IMG/VR virus record: IMGVR_UViG_3300030330_004628
Location: 6,841-70,840 of that record
DNA length: 64,000 bases
DNA from: a virus
Lineage: Duplodnaviria > Caudoviricetes
Strand: one strand, 5' to 3'
Positions 56,196-63,955 of the stretch are shown in pieces (the stretch's first letter is position 1; every line of letters begins with the position of its first letter). A model generated the notes under the pieces. The model was given only the letters and a program-made list of their open reading frames with translations, had not been told where the DNA came from and ran no database searches. The translations under genes and the position numbers were made by a program.

Positions 56196-56354
56196 ATGAT
56201 AAACTTTATAAAAAACCTTTTAGGTGCATCTAATAATAATAACGATGTTCTAAACAACCAAAATTATGATGATGAAATTTATTGGTCAGAAATTGAAGAA
56301 CAATGGGCAGATTTTGAAATTCTTGATAAAGACTTAGATGATTTAACATGGTAG
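56196..56354 (+). CDS. 52-aa acidic/aromatic early protein
   Basis: MINFIKNLLGASNNNNDVLNNQNYDDEIYWSEIEEQWADFEILDKDLDDLTW. Confidence 0.6.
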   Translation: MINFIKNLLGASNNNNDVLNNQNYDDEIYWSEIEEQWADFEILDKDLDDLTW

Positions 56355-56419
56355 ATAATGTAGATAGAGCATTTATAATACTAATTATTATAATGCTAAT
56401 AGTGTGCTTTTGCACTTAA
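56348..56419 (+). CDS. 23-aa TM micro-peptide
   Basis: MVDNVDRAFIILIIIMLIVCFCT; start overlaps the previous stop. Confidence 0.5.
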   Translation: MVDNVDRAFIILIIIMLIVCFCT

Positions 56420-56438
56420 CTTTTTAAATAAATGAATT

Positions 56439-56543
56439 ATGAGTAATAAAGAAACTGATATAACTCTAAATCAAATAGCAATAATAATTTTCATATCTGG
56501 AATTGTAGGAACATTTCTATATGTATGTGAAATATATGGTTAA
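56439..56543 (+). CDS. 34-aa TM micro-peptide
   Basis: MSNKETDITLNQIAIIIFISGIVGTFLYVCEIYG. Confidence 0.55.
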   Translation: MSNKETDITLNQIAIIIFISGIVGTFLYVCEIYG

Positions 56544-56562
56544 ACCCTTTAAAATATAAAAT

Positions 56563-56754
56563 ATGTTTGGATACAACGCACAAGCTACTATTGATGAATA
56601 TGGTAGTAAAATAGAATTATGGCAAGAAGGATGCAGTGATGCATACGAATTAATACTAGAATTACAACGACTTATACCTGATGGTAAATTACCACATGAA
56701 TTAGATATACGTTGTGAAGAATTCTTTAAACTGTATGACGATAACTGTATGTAA
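56563..56754 (+). CDS. Hypothetical protein
   Basis: 63-aa ORF with A-rich start context. Confidence 0.65.
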   Translation: MFGYNAQATIDEYGSKIELWQEGCSDAYELILELQRLIPDGKLPHELDIRCEEFFKLYDDNCM

Positions 56755-56780
56755 TTAATAACCTTTTAAATAAATAAATT

Positions 56781-57260
56781 ATGGCAAAACATGAACTTAA
56801 TTATACTATTATTAGAGAAGCCTTGGGCGAGTATCTAAAAAATAAAGAAGTTATACCTATATATAACCAAAAACAAATAAAAGAAGAATCTTACAAGCTT
56901 GAAGACTTAGAAAATTCTAAAGCATTTCTTGTTGACAATGCACCAAGAAAAAGAATAAGAGTTGATTTAAACATTACAAAACAAATTTTATTTGAAACTC
57001 TAGAAAACTTTTTAAGAATAGAACAAAAACCACAATATTTTACTAGTGGTCAATCATATTCAGCAGTAGATAAAAAAAAGTTTGAACAAGTAGAAACTTA
57101 CCTCCAATTAGACAGTGGAGCAAGTTTAGATGTTAGAGTAGATAAAATGATTTGGGTTATAGACAACCTTTTAAGTTGTGGAAACTTAAGAGCTAACATA
57201 ACAAAAGACCAGGTAGAAAGACTTGTAATAGCAACCGAAAACTTACCAAAACATGAGTAA
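56781..57260 (+). CDS. Hypothetical protein
   Basis: 159-aa ORF in the operon. Confidence 0.7.
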   Translation: MAKHELNYTIIREALGEYLKNKEVIPIYNQKQIKEESYKLEDLENSKAFLVDNAPRKRIRVDLNITKQILFETLENFLRIEQKPQYFTSGQSYSAVDKKKFEQVETYLQLDSGASLDVRVDKMIWVIDNLLSCGNLRANITKDQVERLVIATENLPKHE

Positions 57261-57345
57261 GTTCTGGGATGAAGGGGTAAATGGTATACCCTTCGATGCA
57301 ATAGATGAATACCATGAATTAATTAATAACGAAAAAAATATAAAT

Positions 57346-58284
57346 ATGTGTGGATTAGTAGGCTTTTCAGGTAAAGCAAACACAAGTGTGTTAAAAGCTT
57401 TACATTTATTAGCGGACAATGATTCCAGAGGTGGCCACTCTACAGGAATGTTCGCAAATGGTAAAATATATAAAACATTAGATGAGTCTATGAATATATT
57501 ACCAATGCTTGAGTCAAATGATACAGGCAGTGTTCTTATAGGACACACAAGATATGGTACTCATGGTGCTAACACCACTGAGAATGCACATCCATTTCAG
57601 CACAAAGGAATTATAGGTGCTCACAATGGTGTGTTAGATAACTACGAAGAGGTAGGTAAAAAGTATGGTATAAAGAAAACAGCTGTTGATTCAGAAATGA
57701 TTATTAAAGTACTAGGAGAAAAACGAGATGCTAGTAAATTAGGATTATTTGGTGGAACAAAAGCTGTATTATATACCGCCAATGACAATAAGCTTTATGT
57801 GTACCGACATAATAACCCATTGTTCTATTTAAGAAAAGAAGAAGGTGTTTATTTTAGCTCACTCAAAGATGGCCTAGAAAATATAGCAGGCAAAAATGAA
57901 AAAGTAAAAGAGTGTAAAAAAGATAAACTATTTATTTGGGAAAATGGAGAATTGTTGCAAACAATTAACATTAAACACAAACCTATACCAGCCACTAAAG
58001 TTATAAATACAAATTGGCAATCATATGGTAATTATAATAATATGGACAGGTATACAATACCCTCACGCTCAAGCATTTACGAACAAGCTAACATATTTGA
58101 ACAAGATGATTGGGACACTATAGAAGAAGAGGATTATATTAAAGCAGAAAATTTGCAAAAGATAAGTCAAAGGCTACAGGAACTTGAAGAACATCTTGAT
58201 ATGGATGTCGACTCAAGACAAAGCTTAAGAGATGCAATAGTTGCTTTAGATGATATAGCTAACGAAATTTATTATTCATATTAA
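57346..58284 (+). CDS. Class II (Ntn) glutamine amidotransferase (in-frame upstream ATG at 57253)
   Basis: MCGLVG N-terminal nucleophile, RGGHSTG, GHTRYGT.G......AHPF, GAHNGV, VDSE. Confidence 0.9.
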   Translation: MCGLVGFSGKANTSVLKALHLLADNDSRGGHSTGMFANGKIYKTLDESMNILPMLESNDTGSVLIGHTRYGTHGANTTENAHPFQHKGIIGAHNGVLDNYEEVGKKYGIKKTAVDSEMIIKVLGEKRDASKLGLFGGTKAVLYTANDNKLYVYRHNNPLFYLRKEEGVYFSSLKDGLENIAGKNEKVKECKKDKLFIWENGELLQTINIKHKPIPATKVINTNWQSYGNYNNMDRYTIPSRSSIYEQANIFEQDDWDTIEEEDYIKAENLQKISQRLQELEEHLDMDVDSRQSLRDAIVALDDIANEIYYSY

Positions 58285-58295
58285 AACTTTAGATT

Positions 58296-59540
58296 ATGGG
58301 AAAAGAATTAGAAGAAGGTTTGGTTATTGATTTGCATGGCGATGAACAACATGAAGATGACTGTGTTCGGCTACATAATGGAGATTGGTGTCATCAAGAT
58401 GAATCAAAATTCAATGAGTCAGATGGAGAATATTATCATGAAGATGATGACTCTATAATGTGGTGTGAAACTACTGAATGTTATTATGATGAAGGAGATA
58501 TGATTTATGGCGAACTGTATCAAGGTGGAGAGGGCTGGTTTCATCAAGACACTGACTATTCTTATTCAGAATATTCTGATAGATATTTTCAGTGTGCCGA
58601 AACAGCACGAGCCGCAGGATATGATTGGTCTAGCAATAGAGAAGACTGGATTCCAGAAGATGAATACAATGATTATGAGTGCTGGGATGCGACAGCAATC
58701 ACTAAAGACACTATGTTTACTGAAACATATGGAATGCCTTATACATTTGGTGTTGAGATGGAAACTTGTGATGGTTATTTAGACTATACATCTAAATATA
58801 ATCTTAAGTGTGTAGAAGATGGTAGTATAAATGCACAAGAATATGTAACAGGTATATTACAAGGCGATAAAGGCATGAAAGAATTAGAAGACATATGCCA
58901 AGCTATTAGTGAACAATGTTATGTTGATAAAACTTGTGGTGTTCATGTGCATATAGGTGGAGCTAACTTCAATAGAAGATTTGCTATACTATCTATTATG
59001 CTAGGACAAATGATGCAATCACAATTATTTAGAATTCAACCTAAATCAAGGAGAAAAAATACTTACTGCAAAGAAATACCTGAAAAATACAGGGAGTTAA
59101 GAACAGTAAATAAAAAACTATTTCCTTATACATATAAAAGAATGTTAAGGTTGCTTTCTAAATATATTGCTAATAGTTCAGAAGGATTTGACAAACATAA
59201 TTGTAAAAAATCATCTAATCCTAATGGACACTATTCATCTACACGCTATAAGTGGCTCAATCTAAATAACTTTAGTTATAGAGATAGGGGAGACACCATA
59301 GAATTTAGACAACATAGTGGCTCACTTGATTATAATAAAATAAGAAGGTGGGTGTTATTTTGCATGAGTTATGTTAACTTTGTTGAAAATCATTCAAGAA
59401 CCATAATAGAAGCTTATAATAGATTCCAAGAAGACCCAGCTATATGTATATCAATGCGTGAAGTATTGGTTGCAAGCTTAGGTAAAGAGGGAGATAATAT
59501 AGCAGACTATTATGATAAACGTGAAGAACGATTTAATTAA
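58296..59540 (+). CDS. Putative amidoligase (Amidoligase_2, glutamate-cysteine-ligase-like COOH-NH2 ligase) with acidic repetitive N-terminus
   Basis: FGVEMET, EDGSI, EYVT, TCGVHVHIG, RYKWLNL, TIEFRQHSGSLD. Confidence 0.85.
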   Translation: MGKELEEGLVIDLHGDEQHEDDCVRLHNGDWCHQDESKFNESDGEYYHEDDDSIMWCETTECYYDEGDMIYGELYQGGEGWFHQDTDYSYSEYSDRYFQCAETARAAGYDWSSNREDWIPEDEYNDYECWDATAITKDTMFTETYGMPYTFGVEMETCDGYLDYTSKYNLKCVEDGSINAQEYVTGILQGDKGMKELEDICQAISEQCYVDKTCGVHVHIGGANFNRRFAILSIMLGQMMQSQLFRIQPKSRRKNTYCKEIPEKYRELRTVNKKLFPYTYKRMLRLLSKYIANSSEGFDKHNCKKSSNPNGHYSSTRYKWLNLNNFSYRDRGDTIEFRQHSGSLDYNKIRRWVLFCMSYVNFVENHSRTIIEAYNRFQEDPAICISMREVLVASLGKEGDNIADYYDKREERFN

Positions 59541-59560
59541 TCGCTACTCATTCACACATT

Positions 59561-59835
59561 CTACAAGGGGGGAGTTGTAATCATTTTTAACTATTATTAT
59601 TAATACCAGTTATACTTTGTGTTCACGATTACCGATTTCTCCCTCCTATGTAGTTCACTATCATTAACATCAAATAATGCACTCTGAGTAAATACAGTAT
59701 CTGCGCAGTACTTGCTAATAAGCTTAAATATTTACTTGCTTCGTGCATGGCCGTCTAGATAAGAATAATTGGTAGCTAAAATCTACAAGCTCTTTGCTTG
59801 TTAGAGGTAGCTTTAAACGAACCACAATGTTCTTA
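59561..59835 (+). ncRNA. Three consecutive long stem-loops in a 400-nt intergenic region
   Basis: Stems at 59561-59653, 59679-59746 and 59760-59835, with G-U wobbles favouring the + strand. Confidence 0.45.
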
Positions 59836-59940
59836 TTAACTATATTGGAAGGGATATAGCAGGTAACTGAAGACACTGAGGAACCATTGAGTGTATTTAT
59901 TTGGTGTTTTAATTATTAATTATTAAAATTGTAAAAAATT

Positions 59941-60333
59941 ATGGGAAGATATTATAGTGGAGACATTGAAGGCAAGTTTTGGTTTGCAGTTCAATCTTCA
60001 GACGCAGCAGATAGATTTGGTTCATGTGGCTACGAGCCAAGTTATATTAAATACTATTTCGACAAAGGCCACATAAATAAAATTAAAAAAGAAATCAAAG
60101 TAATCAAAGAAAACATTGGTAAAAAAGAACTTGAAATATTAGAAAAGTTTTTTGATGAAAATGCTGGATACACAGAAGAAATGTTAATAAATGCTTTTGA
60201 AAAAAACAAGTTAACTAAAACAGAAGAAGATGTAAAATTTATGCTAAAAGAATATGCCGACTTAGGTTTAGGCAAAAAGATATTAAAATGTATAAATTCA
60301 TATGGAGAATGCTCCTTTGATGCAGAAATATAA
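59941..60333 (+). CDS. Hypothetical protein (MGRYYSGDIEGKFWFAVQSS type)
   Basis: 130-aa ORF with A-rich start context. Confidence 0.7.
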   Translation: MGRYYSGDIEGKFWFAVQSSDAADRFGSCGYEPSYIKYYFDKGHINKIKKEIKVIKENIGKKELEILEKFFDENAGYTEEMLINAFEKNKLTKTEEDVKFMLKEYADLGLGKKILKCINSYGECSFDAEI

Positions 60334-60353
60334 ACAATAAAAAGAATTTAATT

Positions 60354-60590
60354 ATGGCAGAATACATAGCAAGTATAGGAGACAAAGATTTACATGTCGA
60401 GTATACATACATACCAGAACAAGTAGAAAGATATCCAGACACAGAACCTCTTAGGTCTCATGTAGAAATAGGCAGAATATATGTTAATTATGGAGATTAT
60501 AAATGTGATTTAACAGATATTATGTATGAAGTAGCTGATGATTGGTTAATTAACTTAGAGGCAGAAATCATAGAAAAATTAGAAGGATGA
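60354..60590 (+). CDS. Hypothetical acidic protein
   Basis: 78-aa ORF in the operon. Confidence 0.65.
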   Translation: MAEYIASIGDKDLHVEYTYIPEQVERYPDTEPLRSHVEIGRIYVNYGDYKCDLTDIMYEVADDWLINLEAEIIEKLEG

Positions 60591-60898
60591 AAAGTTTATT
60601 TGATACATTCTGGAAAGAATACCCTCGCAAGGTGGGTAAAAAACAATCCCTTGACGCATGGCTAAGGCTCAAACCCTCGCCAGAATTATACTCTACAATA
60701 ATGGAAGCTTTATCTAACCAAAAAAGATATAAAGTTACTTGTGATACCCATAATATATGGGCTCCAGACTTTCCTCACCCTGTGCGGTGGATTAAACACG
60801 AAAGATGGGAAGATGAAGTTCCAGAATTGTCAGATATAATCAAAGATTCAAAATTTATTTATAAACCGCCTAAAAACAATACAAGAGATGAAAGATAG
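60587..60898 (+). CDS. Stand-alone DnaD-like/replication-initiator C-terminal domain
   Basis: FDTFWKEYPRKVGKK....W...PHPVRWIKHERWEDE. Confidence 0.7.
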   Translation: MKSLFDTFWKEYPRKVGKKQSLDAWLRLKPSPELYSTIMEALSNQKRYKVTCDTHNIWAPDFPHPVRWIKHERWEDEVPELSDIIKDSKFIYKPPKNNTRDER

Positions 60899-62180
60899 AG
60901 ACTATTTAGAAAAGGTTTTATTAGGCAAATTAATGTTAGGTAAAGAAAACTACTACGACAACCACTCATTATTAACAGCAGATTTATTTGAAAACCCTGA
61001 GCATAAGAGATTGTATATTATTATGGACTCATCATATCAAAATATGGGTAAATGTGATATGACAGAGTTTTACAATAAATCTAAAGACAAGTATAAGGCT
61101 ATATCGTTAGCACAAGAATGTAACGATAGAGCTTATGACCCATACTTGGCTCAAAAGTTAATACTATTATTGTTGGAAAAAAATAAACTGAGTCAATTAG
61201 AAACACTTGCAAACACTATGAATAGAAAGATAACGAATAATGATGATTTATTCACTATCATTGACTATGCGGAAACTGAATTACAGAAAATTGGCAATGT
61301 TTCTAACGACAGGCTTGTTCATATTAGTGAGCAAATGCCTGGTATGGTTAGGTCTATTGAAAAAAATGTTAATAATCAAGGGATGACTGGTATTCCTAGT
61401 GGATTTAACGATATAGATAAGTTTACTAGTGGGTGGCAAAAACAAGATTTAGTTATTATTGGTGGAGCGTCATCTATGGGTAAGACTAGTTTTGCTCTTA
61501 ATGTTGCTGTTAATGCGGCAGAAAGAGGTTATAAATGCGTGGTATTTTCTTATGAAATGTCTGTTAATCAAATGCTTATGCGTATGGTTAGTGGAGATGC
61601 TGGTATAGACAACAAGCACATGCTTAAAGGAGCTATATATCAAGATGAGTGGGGAAAAATACATAAAAGTATAGGTAGGTTTGATAAAATGCCTTTATAT
61701 ATTGATGAATGTAGAAACACTTCTCTTAAATATCTTCTTAATAGAATGCGTCAATATGTTATAACAAAAGAAGTTGATATGGTAGTCGTAGATTATCTTC
61801 AATTAATTAGTTATAATATAAGTGGACGAAGCAGGGAGCAAGAGGTGTCACATGTAACAAGAGCATTAAAAAATTTAGCAAAAGAATTAGATATAACAGT
61901 ATTAGCGCTTTCTCAACTTTCTAGAAACGTGAGTAAACGCGATGGGGGTCGTCCTACTCTAGCCGATTTGAGAGAATCTGGGGAAATAGAGCAAGCTGCT
62001 GATACAGTTATATTTGTATATAGGCCTGAGTATTACAATATTACAGTAGATGAAAGAGGTAATAGTGTGGTAGGATTGGCTGAAATTATATTTGCTAAAG
62101 GTAGAAATATAGGTATAGGTAGTAAACATTTAAAATTTATAGATTACCTTACCAAGTTTGAAAATCTACCAACAATGTAA
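60888..62180 (+). CDS. dnaB: Replicative DNA helicase DnaB-like
   Basis: GASSMGKT Walker A, FSYEMS, VVVDYLQL, LSQLSR, LADLRESGEIEQAAD, IFAKGRN. Confidence 0.93.
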   Translation: MKDRDYLEKVLLGKLMLGKENYYDNHSLLTADLFENPEHKRLYIIMDSSYQNMGKCDMTEFYNKSKDKYKAISLAQECNDRAYDPYLAQKLILLLLEKNKLSQLETLANTMNRKITNNDDLFTIIDYAETELQKIGNVSNDRLVHISEQMPGMVRSIEKNVNNQGMTGIPSGFNDIDKFTSGWQKQDLVIIGGASSMGKTSFALNVAVNAAERGYKCVVFSYEMSVNQMLMRMVSGDAGIDNKHMLKGAIYQDEWGKIHKSIGRFDKMPLYIDECRNTSLKYLLNRMRQYVITKEVDMVVVDYLQLISYNISGRSREQEVSHVTRALKNLAKELDITVLALSQLSRNVSKRDGGRPTLADLRESGEIEQAADTVIFVYRPEYYNITVDERGNSVVGLAEIIFAKGRNIGIGSKHLKFIDYLTKFENLPTM

Positions 62181-62205
62181 TGTTGAAAAGTTGTTCTTTT
62201 TTACT

Positions 62206-62235
62206 TTGTAAATTGTTATTTATTTAGTAGATTTG
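62206..62235 (+). promoter_or_regulatory. Bacteroidota promoter TTTG-N18-TAGATTTG(CA)
   Basis: Both -33 and -7 elements present; 7 nt before the HU-like ATG. Confidence 0.7.
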
Positions 62236-62242
62236 CACCAGT

Positions 62243-62467
62243 ATGATTAGTTATGAACAAGCTTTATCTAAGCTTTCAAAAAGATTAAAGATTAGCAAAA
62301 CTCTTGCTAAAAAAGTAATGAACGAGACTTTTGGAGAATTAGAGAATGTAATCACAAACGGGAATAACTTTATGTTTAAAGGTTATGTAAAGTTTGTTCA
62401 GTCTAAGAATAAAAAGAAACCGATTAATAAAACCGAATTATTTAATTTAAAAACAAAAGACAAATGA
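62243..62467 (+). CDS. HU/IHF-like DNA-binding protein
   Basis: Helix-turn-helix then FMFKGYVKF beta-arm; 74 aa, basic. Confidence 0.7.
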   Translation: MISYEQALSKLSKRLKISKTLAKKVMNETFGELENVITNGNNFMFKGYVKFVQSKNKKKPINKTELFNLKTKDK

Positions 62468-63099
62468 AACCGAATATTATTGTTGTCGGACCATCAGGTT
62501 CAGGCAAGTCAACTAGTTTATCTAGTTTAAATCCAAAGACAACAGCTGTTCTTAATACAGAAAGAAAGCAGTTGCCGTTCAAAAATGCAAAAGATTTTAT
62601 GAACGTTCCAATTAAATCTGTATCAGAGTTTCACTCAGCTTTAGACAAAGCTATGGAAAGTGATAAAATCAAAACTATAGTTATAGAATCATTTACATCT
62701 CTTATAGAAATTATATTCAGAGAAGCCGACATAAGATACAAGGGTTTTGATGTATGGAGTTACTATAACAAAGAGATAGATAAGATTTTAGATAAGTCTA
62801 AAAATTCTGATAAATATGTTATATTTACTGCTATTGATGGCGTATATGACGGCGACAATGGTGTTGAAGAGCGTTATGTTGCAGTAGATGGTAACAGATG
62901 GAAGAAAAGAGTTGAGAAAGAATTTGTAATTGCATTATTCACCGATGTGCATAAAGGTGATGAGGGTGTAAAATATAGATTCAGAACAAACACTACAGGT
63001 AGAGATTCTGCAAAGAGTCCTATGGGTATGTTTGAGGATTTACACATTCCAAATAACTTAGGTAAAGTTGTAGAGGCATGTGAAGAATACTATAAATAA
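62464..63099 (+). CDS. AAA ATPase (Sak4/AAA_24-like)
   Basis: VVGPSGSGKSTS Walker A, IVIESFTS Walker B variant, AKSPMGMF, IPNNL. Confidence 0.8.
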   Translation: MKPNIIVVGPSGSGKSTSLSSLNPKTTAVLNTERKQLPFKNAKDFMNVPIKSVSEFHSALDKAMESDKIKTIVIESFTSLIEIIFREADIRYKGFDVWSYYNKEIDKILDKSKNSDKYVIFTAIDGVYDGDNGVEERYVAVDGNRWKKRVEKEFVIALFTDVHKGDEGVKYRFRTNTTGRDSAKSPMGMFEDLHIPNNLGKVVEACEEYYK

Positions 63100-63130
63100 G
63101 AGGATAATATTTAGCTTTAGTAAGAAAGAT

Positions 63131-63210
63131 TTTTCATTGGTTCCTCTGATGCATAATACAACTAATGAAAAGGTTTAAATTTTATAAAGGGTACTTACTT
63201 GCCCTTTATA
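63131..63210 (+). other. Twin intergenic hairpins
   Basis: TTTTCATTGGTT/AACTAATGAAAA (12 bp) and TATAAAGGGTA/TGCCCTTTATA (11 bp), each with one G-U pair. Confidence 0.55.
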
Positions 63211-63233
63211 TTTAATCATTAAAAAAATCGAAT

Positions 63234-63782
63234 ATGTTTCCAAAATTAGAAGAAACCGACGTAACATCGAATACAAATACACAATCGAGTTATTTAAAAC
63301 CAGGAGCTCACACTGTTACTGTTAAAAGTTTTAAAACTAGTGATGAAAATGCGGGGTATCAAGGTACTCCCTACTTTGAGTTTATTGTAGAAAATCCAAA
63401 TGGAGTAGCATTTTTAAAGTTTAATGGTGTTGATTCACATACAAGTGAAGCAGCAGCTAAAGTGAGAACTAGTATATTTAAAAACTTTTTAATGGCAGCT
63501 GGAGCTACGACCTACACGGACCCACAAATGGCAGCCAATAGTATTATAGGCAAAACACTTGAGGTTTGTTTAGCGTCAAGGGAGTATTGGACTACAGACA
63601 AAGACACCAATGCACCAGTAATAAAGTCAAGAACAGAATATAAATTTGCTAATCCTAAGGGACAAAAGATTACTTTCAAAGAAAGTTTTAATAAACCTTT
63701 GTCAGCTGAGGATAGGGCGGCTTATGAACAGGCGTTGAAATTACATTCAGCACCTTCTTCAGAAGTACAAACACCATTTTAA
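63234..63782 (+). CDS. DUF669-like single-stranded DNA-binding protein
   Basis: YLKPGAHTVTV OB-like start; acidic C-terminus ending TPF; follows the Sak4-like ATPase. Confidence 0.65.
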   Translation: MFPKLEETDVTSNTNTQSSYLKPGAHTVTVKSFKTSDENAGYQGTPYFEFIVENPNGVAFLKFNGVDSHTSEAAAKVRTSIFKNFLMAAGATTYTDPQMAANSIIGKTLEVCLASREYWTTDKDTNAPVIKSRTEYKFANPKGQKITFKESFNKPLSAEDRAAYEQALKLHSAPSSEVQTPF

Positions 63783-63784
63783 TT

Positions 63785-63955
63785 ATGAGAATGATAAATT
63801 ACTTTGGCTCAAATTTGAGACAAAAAGATAAGTTTAAAATTGAATGTAGATTTTTAGGTATTACTTTATTTGAATTAAAGTTTGATATCTCACGCAGATG
63901 TTTTAAATTAGTTGTCCTTAACTTAGGTTTTGGAACAATGAATTGTGAGTGCTAA
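63785..63955 (+). CDS. 56-aa hypothetical protein (not in ORF track)
   Basis: MRMINYFGSNLRQKDKFKIECRFLGITLFELKFDISRRCFKLVVLNLGFGTMNCEC. Confidence 0.55.
   Translation: MRMINYFGSNLRQKDKFKIECRFLGITLFELKFDISRRCFKLVVLNLGFGTMNCEC

Noticed and set aside
53700-56200. CRISPR mini-array or DGR template/variable repeats
   Set aside because: The repeats are 11-15 nt and irregularly spaced; no reverse transcriptase or cas gene is present.
56398-56406. Third copy of AATAGTGTG
   Set aside because: It lacks the 5' stem arm and T-tract and lies within a TM micro-ORF; probably coincidental.
61-61664. Many 60-200 aa ORFs antisense to, or nested in, long genes (e.g. 538..873, 5632..5982, 20932..21297, 45249..45869, 54857..55177, 55398..55757, 58507..58782)
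   Set aside because: They are shadows of real genes on the opposite strand or in another frame, with low-complexity I/S/L/F-rich translations and no start context.
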